Assembly: GCA_045601385.1 (NCBI GenBank)
Contig: JAZRZM010000049.1
Location: forward strand, 5,874 to 69,873
DNA: 64,000 bases
Reading direction: 5' to 3'
Source: Clostridia bacterium
Lineage (GTDB): Bacteria > Bacillota > Clostridia > Christensenellales > DTU072
Below, piece after piece: positions 1 to 8,755 of this stretch (positions within the stretch are counted from its first letter, which is position 1; each line of letters begins with the position of its first letter). The notes below the pieces were generated by a model. The model did no database searches. It had not been told where the DNA came from and was given only the letters and a program-made list of their open reading frames with translations. The position numbers and the translations under genes are program-made.

Positions 1-1
1 A

Positions 2-553
2 CTGATGATCGCGGCGACAAGAAAAGTTCCGCTTGCCGTGTGGAAGAGGTTGATTCTTTTTGCGATCGCGTTTTCCGTAGCTTCTTTTGCGTGCGGCACA
101 CTCGTCGACGTATTGAAAAAAGGCGTCGGCAGGGTGCGTTACCGTACCCTTTATTGGGGCGAAAAGAACGGGGTGGGAAACGGTTTTGCCGATTATACAC
201 CCTGGTATAAAAAGACGGGTAACGGCGCATATTACGAAGGTACGGAAGTGAGCAAGTACCACGACGCCTTTAACTCGTTTCCCTCTCACCATACGCGCGC
301 CGCAGGTCTTTCGTACGCGTCGATTATGCTGATCGACGTTTTGCCCGTGCGAAAAAAAGGGCAAAAAGCGATCCTTTGGATCGCGCCGATTCTTTGGACG
401 GGACTTACCGCTGTCGGCAGAATCGTCGCCGGGGCGCACTACTTTTCCGACGTGCTGATCGGAGGTACGTCGTCTTTTGTGTGTATGATTTTGTCGAGAG
501 AGATTTTTATTTGCCGCTTTTCGCACGTCAGAGGGTTCTTTAAGCGCAAGTAG
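2..553 (+). CDS. PAP2-superfamily phosphatase (membrane protein), probably 5'-truncated by the window edge
   Basis: The frame stays open to the window edge (codon 2-4 CTG). PAP2-like motifs are KKGVGRVRYR / SFPSHH / GRIVAGAHYFSD, following the KxxxxxxRP - PSGH - SRxxxxxHxxxD pattern with RP->RY and SGH->SHH. It is a clear paralogue of 2003..3028 (shared TPWY...AFNSFPS block). Confidence 0.7.
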   Translation: MMIAATRKVPLAVWKRLILFAIAFSVASFACGTLVDVLKKGVGRVRYRTLYWGEKNGVGNGFADYTPWYKKTGNGAYYEGTEVSKYHDAFNSFPSHHTRAAGLSYASIMLIDVLPVRKKGQKAILWIAPILWTGLTAVGRIVAGAHYFSDVLIGGTSSFVCMILSREIFICRFSHVRGFFKRK

Positions 554-575
554 AGCGTATTTTGCTCTCTATTTA

Positions 576-604
576 TTGACATTATTTACATAATTATATA
601 TAAT
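576..604 (+). promoter_or_regulatory. sigma-70-type promoter for the mrp / C_GCAxxG / PAP2 operon
   Basis: Perfect TTGACA (576-581), 17-nt spacer, TATAAT (599-604). AGAGG RBS at 618-622 and ATG at 634. Confidence 0.6.
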
Positions 605-633
605 TACTGTAACAAAAAGAGGTAAGGTAAAAA

Positions 634-1452
634 ATGTCTGAATGTAATCATGATTGTTCGAGTTGTTCGGAAAAATGCGACAACAAAATCGTCGTCGAAC
701 CGCAGAACAAAGGCAGTAACGTAAAAAACGTAATCGCCGTCATCAGCGGAAAAGGCGGCGTCGGTAAGTCCTCGGTGACATCCATGCTCGCCGTCTATCT
801 GAATAAAATCGGCAAAAAAACGGCTGTTCTCGACGCCGATATTACCGGTCCGTCCATACCGAAAGCTTTCGGCGTAAAAGGGCAGGTCTACGGCGACGAA
901 AACAACAATCTGTACCCCGCCGAAACGGCTACGGGTATCAAACTTATGTCCCTGAATCTCCTCGTTGAGTCGGAAACCACCCCGGTCGTATGGCGCGGGC
1001 CCGTGATCGCCGGGTGTGTAAAACAGTTCTGGACGGACGTCGTCTGGGGCGACGTGGACGTGATGATCGTCGATTGTCCCCCGGGTACGGGCGACGTGCC
1101 GTTGACCGTTTTTCAGTCGTTGCCGATTAAAGGTATCGTCGTCGTCACCACACCGCAGGACCTCGTGTCCCTGATCGTCGAAAAAGCGGTCAATATGGCG
1201 GATATGATGCATGTTCCCATTCTCGGCGTCGTGGAAAATATGTCCTATTTCGTTTGCCCCGATTGCAATAAAAAGCATTATCTTTTCGGAGAAAGCAAAC
1301 AGGAAAAGATCGCCTGTGTGTGTCGTACCGACAACGCGCTTCAACTCCCCCTGTCTTCCGATTTTGCCACAAAATGCGACGAAGGGAAGGTGGAAGAAGC
1401 GGACGTAACGGCGATGAAAGGCTTTGTCGAGAATATTTTGAAACAACTATGA
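634..1452 (+). CDS. mrp: Mrp/NBP35 (ApbC-type) P-loop ATPase, Fe-S cluster carrier
   Basis: Deviant Walker A SGKGGVGKSS, N-terminal Cys cluster CNHDCSSCSEKC, and the conserved MSYFVCPDC (CxxC) motif. RBS is present. Confidence 0.85.
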   Translation: MSECNHDCSSCSEKCDNKIVVEPQNKGSNVKNVIAVISGKGGVGKSSVTSMLAVYLNKIGKKTAVLDADITGPSIPKAFGVKGQVYGDENNNLYPAETATGIKLMSLNLLVESETTPVVWRGPVIAGCVKQFWTDVVWGDVDVMIVDCPPGTGDVPLTVFQSLPIKGIVVVTTPQDLVSLIVEKAVNMADMMHVPILGVVENMSYFVCPDCNKKHYLFGESKQEKIACVCRTDNALQLPLSSDFATKCDEGKVEEADVTAMKGFVENILKQL

Positions 1453-1892
1453 CGAGAAAAGAACGCGCGCAAGAACTGTTTTTATCGGGTTATAACTGCG
1501 CCCAAGCGACTGCCGGCGCTTTTGCCGACCTTGTCGATTTGCCGTTCGACACCCTGATGAAGATGACGTCGGCGTTCGGCGGCGGCATGGGGCGTCTGCG
1601 CGAGGTATGCGGAGCGATGTCGGGGATATCGACCGTGCTCGGACTTGTGCGCGGATATGACCGTGCCGAAGACGCGGACGGGAAAAAAGCCCTGTATGCC
1701 TTTGTTCAGCGCGCCGCGGCGATGTTCCGTGAACAAAACGGTTCGATTATTTGCCGCGATCTTGTCGGACAAAACGTGCCGCACGGAGGTGAGCCGACTG
1801 CGCGGACGGCGGATTTTTATAAAAAGCGTCCCTGCGTCGAACTGGTCGGTTCGGCGGCGGAGATTTTGGAAAAGATTTTGGAAGAGATATGA
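1449..1892 (+). CDS. C_GCAxxG_C_C family redox-active protein
   Basis: Start MTRKERAQELF at 1449 overlaps the mrp stop (ATGA). Family motifs are GYNCAQA, EVCGAMSG, ICRDL and RPCVELV. The upstream part of track ORF 1320..1892 overlaps mrp and is discounted. Confidence 0.75.
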   Translation: MTRKERAQELFLSGYNCAQATAGAFADLVDLPFDTLMKMTSAFGGGMGRLREVCGAMSGISTVLGLVRGYDRAEDADGKKALYAFVQRAAAMFREQNGSIICRDLVGQNVPHGGEPTARTADFYKKRPCVELVGSAAEILEKILEEI

Positions 1893-2002
1893 CAATCGAA
1901 GACGGTTTTTCTTTTGCGCATCATGTAAAGGAGAAACCGACTTTTCATATAGAAGACGTTATTCCGAACGATTATTTACGGAAGACGTCAAAGGAGAAAA
2001 CT

Positions 2003-3028
2003 ATGAAAAAGAAAACGATTATCGGAGTTTCGGTTTGGGCGGCGATTTTTATCGCGCTTATGGTTGTCGCGGCGTTCTTTGATTTGGAAATCAACAAGGC
2101 ACTCGGCGATAAAGACAGCATTTTCGGGCAGTTTTTCCGCCTTTTCGGCGAATTGACGGGCTGGATTATTTTGCCGATAGCGGGCGCGATTTTGTTTCAG
2201 GCGACGGACAGAAAGACAAAAGCAGGCGTAGTCATGGCGATCGTTTGGCTGATTGTCACTCTCGTCGGCTGGTATCTTTCCGTCAATTACGTCCTCGAAG
2301 AATTCATCGGCACGTCCTACGACGGGTATGAAAGTCCCTACGCGCTCCTGCCCTTGTATAATGTGATTTTTGCTTTGTTCTTTACGTTCTGCACCGTTTT
2401 CGGTACGGCGAAAATCGATAAAAAACTCATGAAAAAACTCGCCGTATTTGCCTTTGCTATGCTGATTGCGCTCGCTTTGTCGCAGATTTTGGCTAACGTG
2501 ATGAAAATCATGTGGTCGCGTCAACGTTTCCGCAACTTGCCTATTGGCAACGGCGGCGAATCGGCGGAAGGTTTTACGCCCTGGTACCACCCCAACTTCG
2601 GTAAAAACAAGGGCACGAATTATTTCCCCGACAGTGCCGGCATGAAAGAAAGCGACGCATATAAGTCGTTCCCGAGCGGACACTCGGCGGGCGCGGCGAT
2701 GACCTTTATTCTCGTCATGCTGCCCGATATGTTTGAAAAACTCAAAAAATATAAAGTTTGGTTTTATGTCGGACCGGCGGTTTATACGATACTTGTCATG
2801 ATTTCCCGTATCGTCAATCGCGCGCATTATCTTTCCGACGTAACCGTCGGCGCGACAATCGGTGCCGTCTCTTGTTTCGTTGCCATTCCGATTGCAAAAA
2901 AACTGTTCCGCCTTGTCGGTAAAAAAATAGGTATCGCTTGCCCTTGCCAATGCGCTTCGTGCGCGGCGCAAACCTCGTCCGAATCGGAGACGGATAATTC
3001 CGAAACAGTCGAAGCGGAAGAAAAATAA
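2003..3028 (+). CDS. PAP2-superfamily phosphatase, polytopic membrane protein
   Basis: ATG 2003 (MKKKTIIG) is preceded by AAGGAG at 1991-1996. Multiple TM helices. PAP2 motifs are KIMWSRQRFR / SFPSGHSAGAA / SRIVNRAHYLSD. The C-terminal tail is Cys/acid rich (CPCQCASCAA...). Confidence 0.8.
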   Translation: MKKKTIIGVSVWAAIFIALMVVAAFFDLEINKALGDKDSIFGQFFRLFGELTGWIILPIAGAILFQATDRKTKAGVVMAIVWLIVTLVGWYLSVNYVLEEFIGTSYDGYESPYALLPLYNVIFALFFTFCTVFGTAKIDKKLMKKLAVFAFAMLIALALSQILANVMKIMWSRQRFRNLPIGNGGESAEGFTPWYHPNFGKNKGTNYFPDSAGMKESDAYKSFPSGHSAGAAMTFILVMLPDMFEKLKKYKVWFYVGPAVYTILVMISRIVNRAHYLSDVTVGATIGAVSCFVAIPIAKKLFRLVGKKIGIACPCQCASCAAQTSSESETDNSETVEAEEK

Positions 3029-3067
3029 TCCGTTTTGAAAAAGCATAATCGGAGGTAATTTTTACCG

Positions 3068-4675
3068 ATGCTACTAAAATGTCCGAACACAAATCAATCG
3101 ATGTATTCGTTTATTGCGGACAGCAATAAAGAAGATAAAAAAGCGGTTAAGGTCGTATATTTTAATCACAAAATCACGTTTGAAAAACTGTATAAAGACG
3201 TGGACAGCGTGGCGTTATATCTTACCGAACACGGCGTCAAGAAAGGGGACAGCGTCGTTTTGTGCCTGCCCAATATTCCGCAAGCGGTTATCGCATTGTA
3301 CGCTATCAACAAAGTAGGCGCGATCTGTAACGTCGTTCACCCGAAAATCGGCACGCTTGCGCTTTTGAAAATCATCCACGAAACCGCGACGAACTGGGTG
3401 TTCTGTTACAGTTCGGCAATCATGGATCACGCGAAAGAACTCAGAAAAGCCGGCGTCAATATCGTGCATTGCCGTATCAGTCAGTATATGCCGTTCGGGT
3501 TACCGAAAATTGTATTATCGGTTACGGAAATAGCGGCGCGCAGGTTCTCTACCATCGACTTTTCCCAGATGACGGTAAAAAACGGCGACGTCGAAGATCA
3601 GGCAAGAGGGGAAGACGTGGCGGTCTATCTGCACAGCAGCGGCACGACGGGAGATCCGAAGACGGTCATGCTTTCCAACTACGCCATGAACGAACTCGCC
3701 GGCAAGGGCTGTAATGCGGTCGGGAGCGAAACGGGGATCGGAAAAGGCGATACGAATCTTATGCTTTTGCCGCTTTTCCACGGTTTCGGCTTGGGTGTAT
3801 GTTTGCATTGGCCCATGTTCTTCGGCGTCAATATTCTTTTGCCGTCGTTTGACGCGATCAAAGCTGTTGCCGTATTGCGTAAATATAAGCCGAACGTTCT
3901 CTCTTGCGTGCCGAGCATGCTCAGAAGAATGTACAAACTGTCGGCGTTCTCCGGCGAGCACCTAAAAAGTATCAAGAGCGTATACGTCGGCGGGGACAAA
4001 CTGGACGACAAACTGCGCCAAGACGTCGAAAACTGTTTTCGCAAAAACGGCAGTCTCGGACTGGTGTACGAGGGCTTCGGTTTGAGCGAAATGGCAAGTA
4101 TGTCTCACCTGAATATTTTGCACTTTAACGACGGAACGGTCGGTCAACCCTCTCCGACGGTGCGCCAGAAAATTATGCGTGCCGACGGAACCGAATGCGA
4201 ACCTTTTGAAGAAGGCGAACTCTATTTGTCGGGGACGCAGATGATGACGGGCTATCTGAATCAGACTACGCCCTTTGTCAAAGACGCCGACGGTACCGTT
4301 TGGTTCCCGACGGGTGACTTCGGCTATCTCGGGGAAAAGGACTCTTTGTATTATCGCGGCAGGTTAAAGCGCCTTATAAAAATCGGCGGCGTCAATATCT
4401 TCCCGCAAGAAGTGGAGACCGTCGCGGCAAATATGAAAGAAATCGAGCAAGCCTGCGCCGTTCGCGTCAAAATCGATGGAAAACCGGCAATTAAACTGCT
4501 TGTCGTCCTTAAACCCGGCGTGCGCCTGACACCGATGCTTAAATCGAAAATAAAAGACGCTGTTCGGGATAATATCCTGCCGTATGCAGTACCGCGCGAA
4601 ATTGAAGCGGTGAGTTCGATTCGCTTAAGCGGGATGGGTAAATGCGACTACCGCTCCTATGAGGAGCAGGTATAG
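3068..4675 (+). CDS. AMP-dependent synthetase/ligase (acyl-CoA synthetase family)
   Basis: AMP-binding signature LHSSGTTGDPK, YEGFGLSE, and TGD...GRLKRLIKIGG near the C-terminus. GGAGG at 3051-3055. Confidence 0.85.
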   Translation: MLLKCPNTNQSMYSFIADSNKEDKKAVKVVYFNHKITFEKLYKDVDSVALYLTEHGVKKGDSVVLCLPNIPQAVIALYAINKVGAICNVVHPKIGTLALLKIIHETATNWVFCYSSAIMDHAKELRKAGVNIVHCRISQYMPFGLPKIVLSVTEIAARRFSTIDFSQMTVKNGDVEDQARGEDVAVYLHSSGTTGDPKTVMLSNYAMNELAGKGCNAVGSETGIGKGDTNLMLLPLFHGFGLGVCLHWPMFFGVNILLPSFDAIKAVAVLRKYKPNVLSCVPSMLRRMYKLSAFSGEHLKSIKSVYVGGDKLDDKLRQDVENCFRKNGSLGLVYEGFGLSEMASMSHLNILHFNDGTVGQPSPTVRQKIMRADGTECEPFEEGELYLSGTQMMTGYLNQTTPFVKDADGTVWFPTGDFGYLGEKDSLYYRGRLKRLIKIGGVNIFPQEVETVAANMKEIEQACAVRVKIDGKPAIKLLVVLKPGVRLTPMLKSKIKDAVRDNILPYAVPREIEAVSSIRLSGMGKCDYRSYEEQV

Positions 4676-4898
4676 CACGCCTCTTTACGTACGCAAAAAT
4701 ATTTTAATAACACAATATAAACTTCGATTGTTACCTTTTGATAAAAGCGGATATATAATCGGAGTTTTTTGCGTACTTTCGCGAAAACGCTCTCGTAGTG
4801 GACCGCCACAACTTCGCTTGTTTTCATTAAAATACGAAATAAAAAGACAAAAAAAGACGTTTTTTAAGGAATACGATCTTTTATACTTATGGTCGTAT

Positions 4899-5672
4899 AT
4901 GGCACGCGTAATCGTATTTACATCGGGAAAAGGGGGCGTCGGCAAGACGACTTGCGTTGCGAACGTCGGGCGCGCTCTTGCTTCGCTCGGCAGAAGGACC
5001 GTTTGCGTCGAAGGAGATATCGGCTTGAATAATCTCGACGTCGCTTTGGGGGTGGAAGACAGAGTGCTGTACGACGCCGGCGAAGTCGTGCGAAGAAAAG
5101 CCACGATTGAACAGTGCCTTGTCGAAGTCGCCGATAAACTGTTTTTGTTGCCGGTGACGACGTGTTCCGTTTCTTCGGTATCGACCGATGATTTTGTCGG
5201 CATTGTTCGCCGCATGAAAGAAGATTTTGACTATATCCTGATAGATTCTCCCGCCGGTATAGAAGACGGTTTTCATCGCTCGGTTGTCGGCGCGGAAGAG
5301 GCGATTCTCGTGACCACGCCCCACTTGACAAGCGTACGGGACGCCTACAAGACCGTCCGTTTTTTGTCCGGATACGGCATACAAAAAATAGGCTTGATCG
5401 TCAATAGAGTACGCGGAGAATACGTCCTCGACCGCTCCATGCTTTCTCCCGGTGACATCGCCAAGACGCTCCGCCTTTCTTTGTGCGGCGTCCTGCCCGA
5501 AGACGATTTTATCAACTTGCACGGGTTTGCCGACGTGACCGAACAAAGCACGGGCGTCGGATATAGTTTTTATCTCATCGCGCAGTGTATCGATACCGGC
5601 GAAAAAAAACTTTATGATTGTACCCGATCGCAAAAAAGTCTGAAAAATCGCATTAAAAGGTGGTTTTCATGA
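4899..5672 (+). CDS. minD: septum site-determining ATPase MinD
   Basis: MARVIVFTSGKGGVGKTT deviant Walker A at the N-terminus, ParA/MinD fold length (257 aa), and a basic amphipathic C-terminus (LKNRIKRWF). The upstream 80 codons of track ORF 4659.. are discounted. Confidence 0.85.
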   Translation: MARVIVFTSGKGGVGKTTCVANVGRALASLGRRTVCVEGDIGLNNLDVALGVEDRVLYDAGEVVRRKATIEQCLVEVADKLFLLPVTTCSVSSVSTDDFVGIVRRMKEDFDYILIDSPAGIEDGFHRSVVGAEEAILVTTPHLTSVRDAYKTVRFLSGYGIQKIGLIVNRVRGEYVLDRSMLSPGDIAKTLRLSLCGVLPEDDFINLHGFADVTEQSTGVGYSFYLIAQCIDTGEKKLYDCTRSQKSLKNRIKRWFS

Positions 5673-5905
5673 AGGAATCTGCCGAATTAAAACGCTTAAA
5701 GCGCGTTATCCTCGCCGATAACCTGCGTATCCCGAACGGGATGACCGACATGTTGAAAAACGATTTAATCGCGCTCCTCGACGGCTATTTTGATTTGCAA
5801 AAAGAGTCCGTTCATCTCGATTTGTCCGTGTCCGAAGACGGCGCGTACAAAATCGAATGGAAAGCGACGGCAAACGCGCTCAAAACGTTCAGGAGCGTTC
5901 AATAA
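5669..5905 (+). CDS. minE: cell division topological specificity factor MinE
   Basis: ATG 5669 overlaps the minD stop (ATGA), with AAGGTGG upstream. It is 78 aa with an MinE-like LKRLKRVILADNLRIPNGMTDMLKNDLIALLDGYFDL core. Confidence 0.7.
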   Translation: MKESAELKRLKRVILADNLRIPNGMTDMLKNDLIALLDGYFDLQKESVHLDLSVSEDGAYKIEWKATANALKTFRSVQ

Positions 5906-5942
5906 AAAAAAGCGAATTTTGTAATAAATTCGCTTTTTTTTT
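5904..5942. terminator. bidirectional rho-independent terminator between minE and the convergent operon
   Basis: A-run, then stem GCGAATTT (5912-5919) / AAATTCGC (5926-5933) with a 6-nt loop, then a T-run 5934-5942. Confidence 0.8.
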
Positions 5943-5955
5943 ACTTATATGCGTT

Positions 5956-8733
5956 TTATTGTAAATCCTTGACGCGCAGAACAGGCGCGACGCCGCCGCC
6001 GGTCAGAAAGACGCTGAACGATTTATTGGCGCGCCCCATGTGTTTTACGCCGTACACCGACGAACTGAAAAAGCAACTCGGCGAGCGTAGCCAGTACCAT
6101 CCCGTTTGATCGTACAAGCCGCCTTCATCACGGTATGCGCCTTGACACTGTGCGTAGGGCGTCGTTTCTTTGATACGTTCGGCGTCATAGATGGCGGCGT
6201 GCTCGAAGACGTATTGCGGATCGGTTACTTCGTATTCGCTGAAAAACCAGACTTTGTCGCGAGTTACTTCCTGCGTTTGCTCGTTATCCGCAAAGCGGTT
6301 TTCTCCTTCGTTCCAGAAAGACGTGTTTTCATAGGGGTTCGTTGATTCTGCGTCGTTGATCAGCGTCGTGGGCAGAATTTTTTCCTGTTGTTCCTTGTTA
6401 AAAGCGGTGTTGTAGAATGTATCGTTAAGCCACTTACGAATGGTGCTGTAATAATAATTGTTGGCAAAAACGTCTTTTACGATGTCGGGATTATCGTTAT
6501 AGCGGTCGCCGTCCGATCTTTCTTCGCACGTATCCTGGAAAGAGCGACTGTCGAGAATCAGTTGGGCGACCATTATGGCAGTATTATTATCCTTATCGGC
6601 TGTTTTGACCGCCCATTTTATCGGATCGAATCGGAACCAGTAGACCTGCTCGGTTTCGTAGCCGTTTTCGTATTGATAACTATTATCGGCGGAAGAGGAC
6701 GTTTGCGTCGTCTTCGGGCGGTATTGCGTAAAGTACACGCCGCGGTATTTGTCTTGATTATATTTGATGTCGATATACCACATGTATTCGACGTCGTTTT
6801 CCCCGTCGATATAGTAGTCGTAAGACGTCCATTTTTTCGCGTCTCCGTCTTTCGGCAAGTCGCCCGCGAGTCTGTTCAATTCGTCCGTTATATCGGTGCT
6901 TTCGACCACCGACTGCGGATACATGCCGAAGCAGATAAAGTCGCCTTGCTGATAATACGTCAGTTTTTCATGACATTTTTTGCAAACAAAATCACAGTCC
7001 ACGTCGTGATCGGACGTGTTGCAAACGGTGCAAACGCAGTTTTCGTACCGGTGAACGTACCGATTGCAGTTTTGGCAAAAGCAGTTTTTGTCGAGTTCGT
7101 GAACGCTGTAATCGCAGACGCGGCATTCGCAGCGGAAGAAAGAGTGCGCTTCCTCGTGACAGACGGTGCAAACGCAGTCTTCGTCGGGTGTGTGCGCGGT
7201 CAGACCGCATTTAAGGCAAATACAGTTTTTATTCGGTGTGTGACAGGTATATCCGCATTCCGAGCATACGCAACCGACAAAAGAATGGACGTATTGTTTG
7301 CAGGTGGTGCAATAGCAGTCGTCTTCCACGGTATGGAAAGAGCGGTCGCATTCGGAGCAGTAGCAGTGATTGTCTATCGAGTGATGCGTCTCTCCGCAGT
7401 TGTAGCAACGGCAGTTACGATCAACGATATGGGCGCTTTCTCCGCAGACTATACAAATACAGTCGTCGTTCGGCGTGTGATTTTGCGCGCCGCATACGGT
7501 ACATTTGCAGCCGTCATAGGTGTGTATCGTTTCGTAACAAACGACGCATTCGCAGTGTTCGTTGAGCGTGTGTTGCGTGGTACGGCATTTTTTACAAACG
7601 CAATTATCGTTCAGTGTGTGAACCGTTTGACGACATTTTGTGCAAACACAGTTTTCGTCCGTTGTATGTTCGGTCAGACCGCAATGAAGACAAACGCAGT
7701 CTACCATCGTATGACAGGTCGAGCCGCAACGGAGGCAAATGCAATTCAGGTTAAGTTCGTGTATGTGTTTTTGGCAAACGGAACAATAGCAGGAGTCGTC
7801 GAGGACGTGGGTAGAATAGTCGCATCGGGTGCATTCGCAGTCGACAAGATTGTGACAAATAAGACCGCAACGGAGACACTCGCAGTTTTTATCCAATTCG
7901 TGCATGTTCGGTTTGCACCGTGCCGAGATGTAAAGGACTTCGCTTTCCGACGCGAGCGTGTAGTGGAAGACGGGTTCGGACGATACTTTTTCTTCTCCGA
8001 TGTACCAGCCGTCGAAGTAATCCTCACTTCCCGTATAGTCGAACGTCAATTCTTCGCCGACTTTGTAATATGCCGTTTTGTTGCCGAAAATGCAAAAACC
8101 GTCCCTTACCACGACGTTTTTTGCCATCACGTTGAGTGAAATGGGGTAGTTTCCCCACACGTCCTGCACGGTGGCGGTACATTCGCCTTCTTCGTCCGCG
8201 TCCCAGTCAAGCACGTTCTTGACGTATGCTTTCATGACGCTTCCGTCCGTATAAGAAACAAAATACGGTATTTCCGCTTCGACAGCCGAACAGCCGAGAC
8301 AAACGCTCGATTTCCCGGGAACGAATTTATCGACCGTTTTTTTGTTCGCCGAGGCGTAAAGATTGTTTTTGTTATATATTGTCGCGGTGTTGTACGAAAA
8401 AGAAATCAGTCTGCCGCCGTCGTCAAAAACGCAAATGATGCTTTTGTACGGGTTTGCCGACTTACCGCCGTTTGACCATGTCTGATAATAAATAAGACTG
8501 TCCATGCCGTCGAACGTCTTTTGGCTTTCGCACGAATTACCCAGAATCTTTTTGACGGCAACTTGCGTCATCCCCAGTTCTACTTTATCTGTTTTTGCAG
8601 AACGGAAAGGGGAAGTGAAGAAGCCGCCGAGAAAGAGCCCTGCGGCGAGCAATACGAACGCGGCGACGCAGGATACGACGACAACGATTGTCTTTTTGTT
8701 TTGTTTTTTTCTGTTTTTTTTGTTTTTGGACAT
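5956..8733 (-). CDS. membrane-anchored surface protein: Lys-rich N-terminus + TM, Listeria-Bacteroides-type repeat, about 20x Cys3-His tandem array, C-terminal WYWLRSP module
   Basis: ATG at 8733 (MSKNKKNRKK...) has GGAGG about 11 nt upstream. TM segment is TIVVVVSCVAAFVLLAAGLFLGGFF. YFDGWYIGEEKV matches the Flg_new/InlB-B-repeat motif. The Cys/His repeat array covers residues 302-612 of the track ORF. The C-terminus (VWFFSEYEV ... GWYWLRSP ... GVAPVLRV) resembles the module I recall as DUF6273. Confidence 0.8.
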   Translation of the reverse strand: MSKNKKNRKKQNKKTIVVVVSCVAAFVLLAAGLFLGGFFTSPFRSAKTDKVELGMTQVAVKKILGNSCESQKTFDGMDSLIYYQTWSNGGKSANPYKSIICVFDDGGRLISFSYNTATIYNKNNLYASANKKTVDKFVPGKSSVCLGCSAVEAEIPYFVSYTDGSVMKAYVKNVLDWDADEEGECTATVQDVWGNYPISLNVMAKNVVVRDGFCIFGNKTAYYKVGEELTFDYTGSEDYFDGWYIGEEKVSSEPVFHYTLASESEVLYISARCKPNMHELDKNCECLRCGLICHNLVDCECTRCDYSTHVLDDSCYCSVCQKHIHELNLNCICLRCGSTCHTMVDCVCLHCGLTEHTTDENCVCTKCRQTVHTLNDNCVCKKCRTTQHTLNEHCECVVCYETIHTYDGCKCTVCGAQNHTPNDDCICIVCGESAHIVDRNCRCYNCGETHHSIDNHCYCSECDRSFHTVEDDCYCTTCKQYVHSFVGCVCSECGYTCHTPNKNCICLKCGLTAHTPDEDCVCTVCHEEAHSFFRCECRVCDYSVHELDKNCFCQNCNRYVHRYENCVCTVCNTSDHDVDCDFVCKKCHEKLTYYQQGDFICFGMYPQSVVESTDITDELNRLAGDLPKDGDAKKWTSYDYYIDGENDVEYMWYIDIKYNQDKYRGVYFTQYRPKTTQTSSSADNSYQYENGYETEQVYWFRFDPIKWAVKTADKDNNTAIMVAQLILDSRSFQDTCEERSDGDRYNDNPDIVKDVFANNYYYSTIRKWLNDTFYNTAFNKEQQEKILPTTLINDAESTNPYENTSFWNEGENRFADNEQTQEVTRDKVWFFSEYEVTDPQYVFEHAAIYDAERIKETTPYAQCQGAYRDEGGLYDQTGWYWLRSPSCFFSSSVYGVKHMGRANKSFSVFLTGGGVAPVLRVKDLQ
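6970..7902 (-). repeat. in-frame coding tandem repeat, 45-48 nt period, encoding C-x-C-x2-C-x4-H units (19 clear + 1 degenerate)
   Basis: The first Cys of each unit falls at track residues 308, 323, 339, 355, 370, 386, 402, 418, 433, 449, 465, 481, 497, 512, 528, 544, 559, 575, 590 and 604. Spacing is 15-16 aa except 14 aa before the degenerate last unit. The units are diverged at nucleotide level, but Cys and His positions are invariant. Confidence 0.9.
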
Positions 8734-8755
8734 TGTCCTGCTACCTCCGTACTTT

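Noticed and set aside
4659-4898. N-terminal extensions offered by the ORF track: minD from 4659, ABC ATPase from 44246, rubrerythrin from 27876, GDPD from 9703, lipoprotein from 11698, PAP2 from 1889, the C_GCAxxG gene from 1320, and the surface protein from 8805
   Set aside because: In each case an internal ATG or GTG reproduces the canonical family N-terminus or signal peptide. Most have a GGAGG-type RBS or stop-start coupling (minD does not). The upstream codons overlap neighbouring genes or are compositionally non-coding.
6970-7902. Multiheme cytochrome c interpretation of the Cys/His array
   Set aside because: The heme-attachment motif CxxCH is absent. The His follows the last Cys by four residues. 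Only three units happen to contain a CxxxCH, and no cytochrome maturation genes are nearby.
6388-8139. 583-aa ORF on the plus strand, antisense to the Cys/His-repeat gene
   Set aside because: It is a shadow ORF. It is open only because the sense strand is rich in TGC/CAC/GAC codons, whose complements avoid stops. It has no RBS and a low-complexity V/A/F/R-rich product. The sense-strand gene has an RBS, a signal anchor and recognisable domains.
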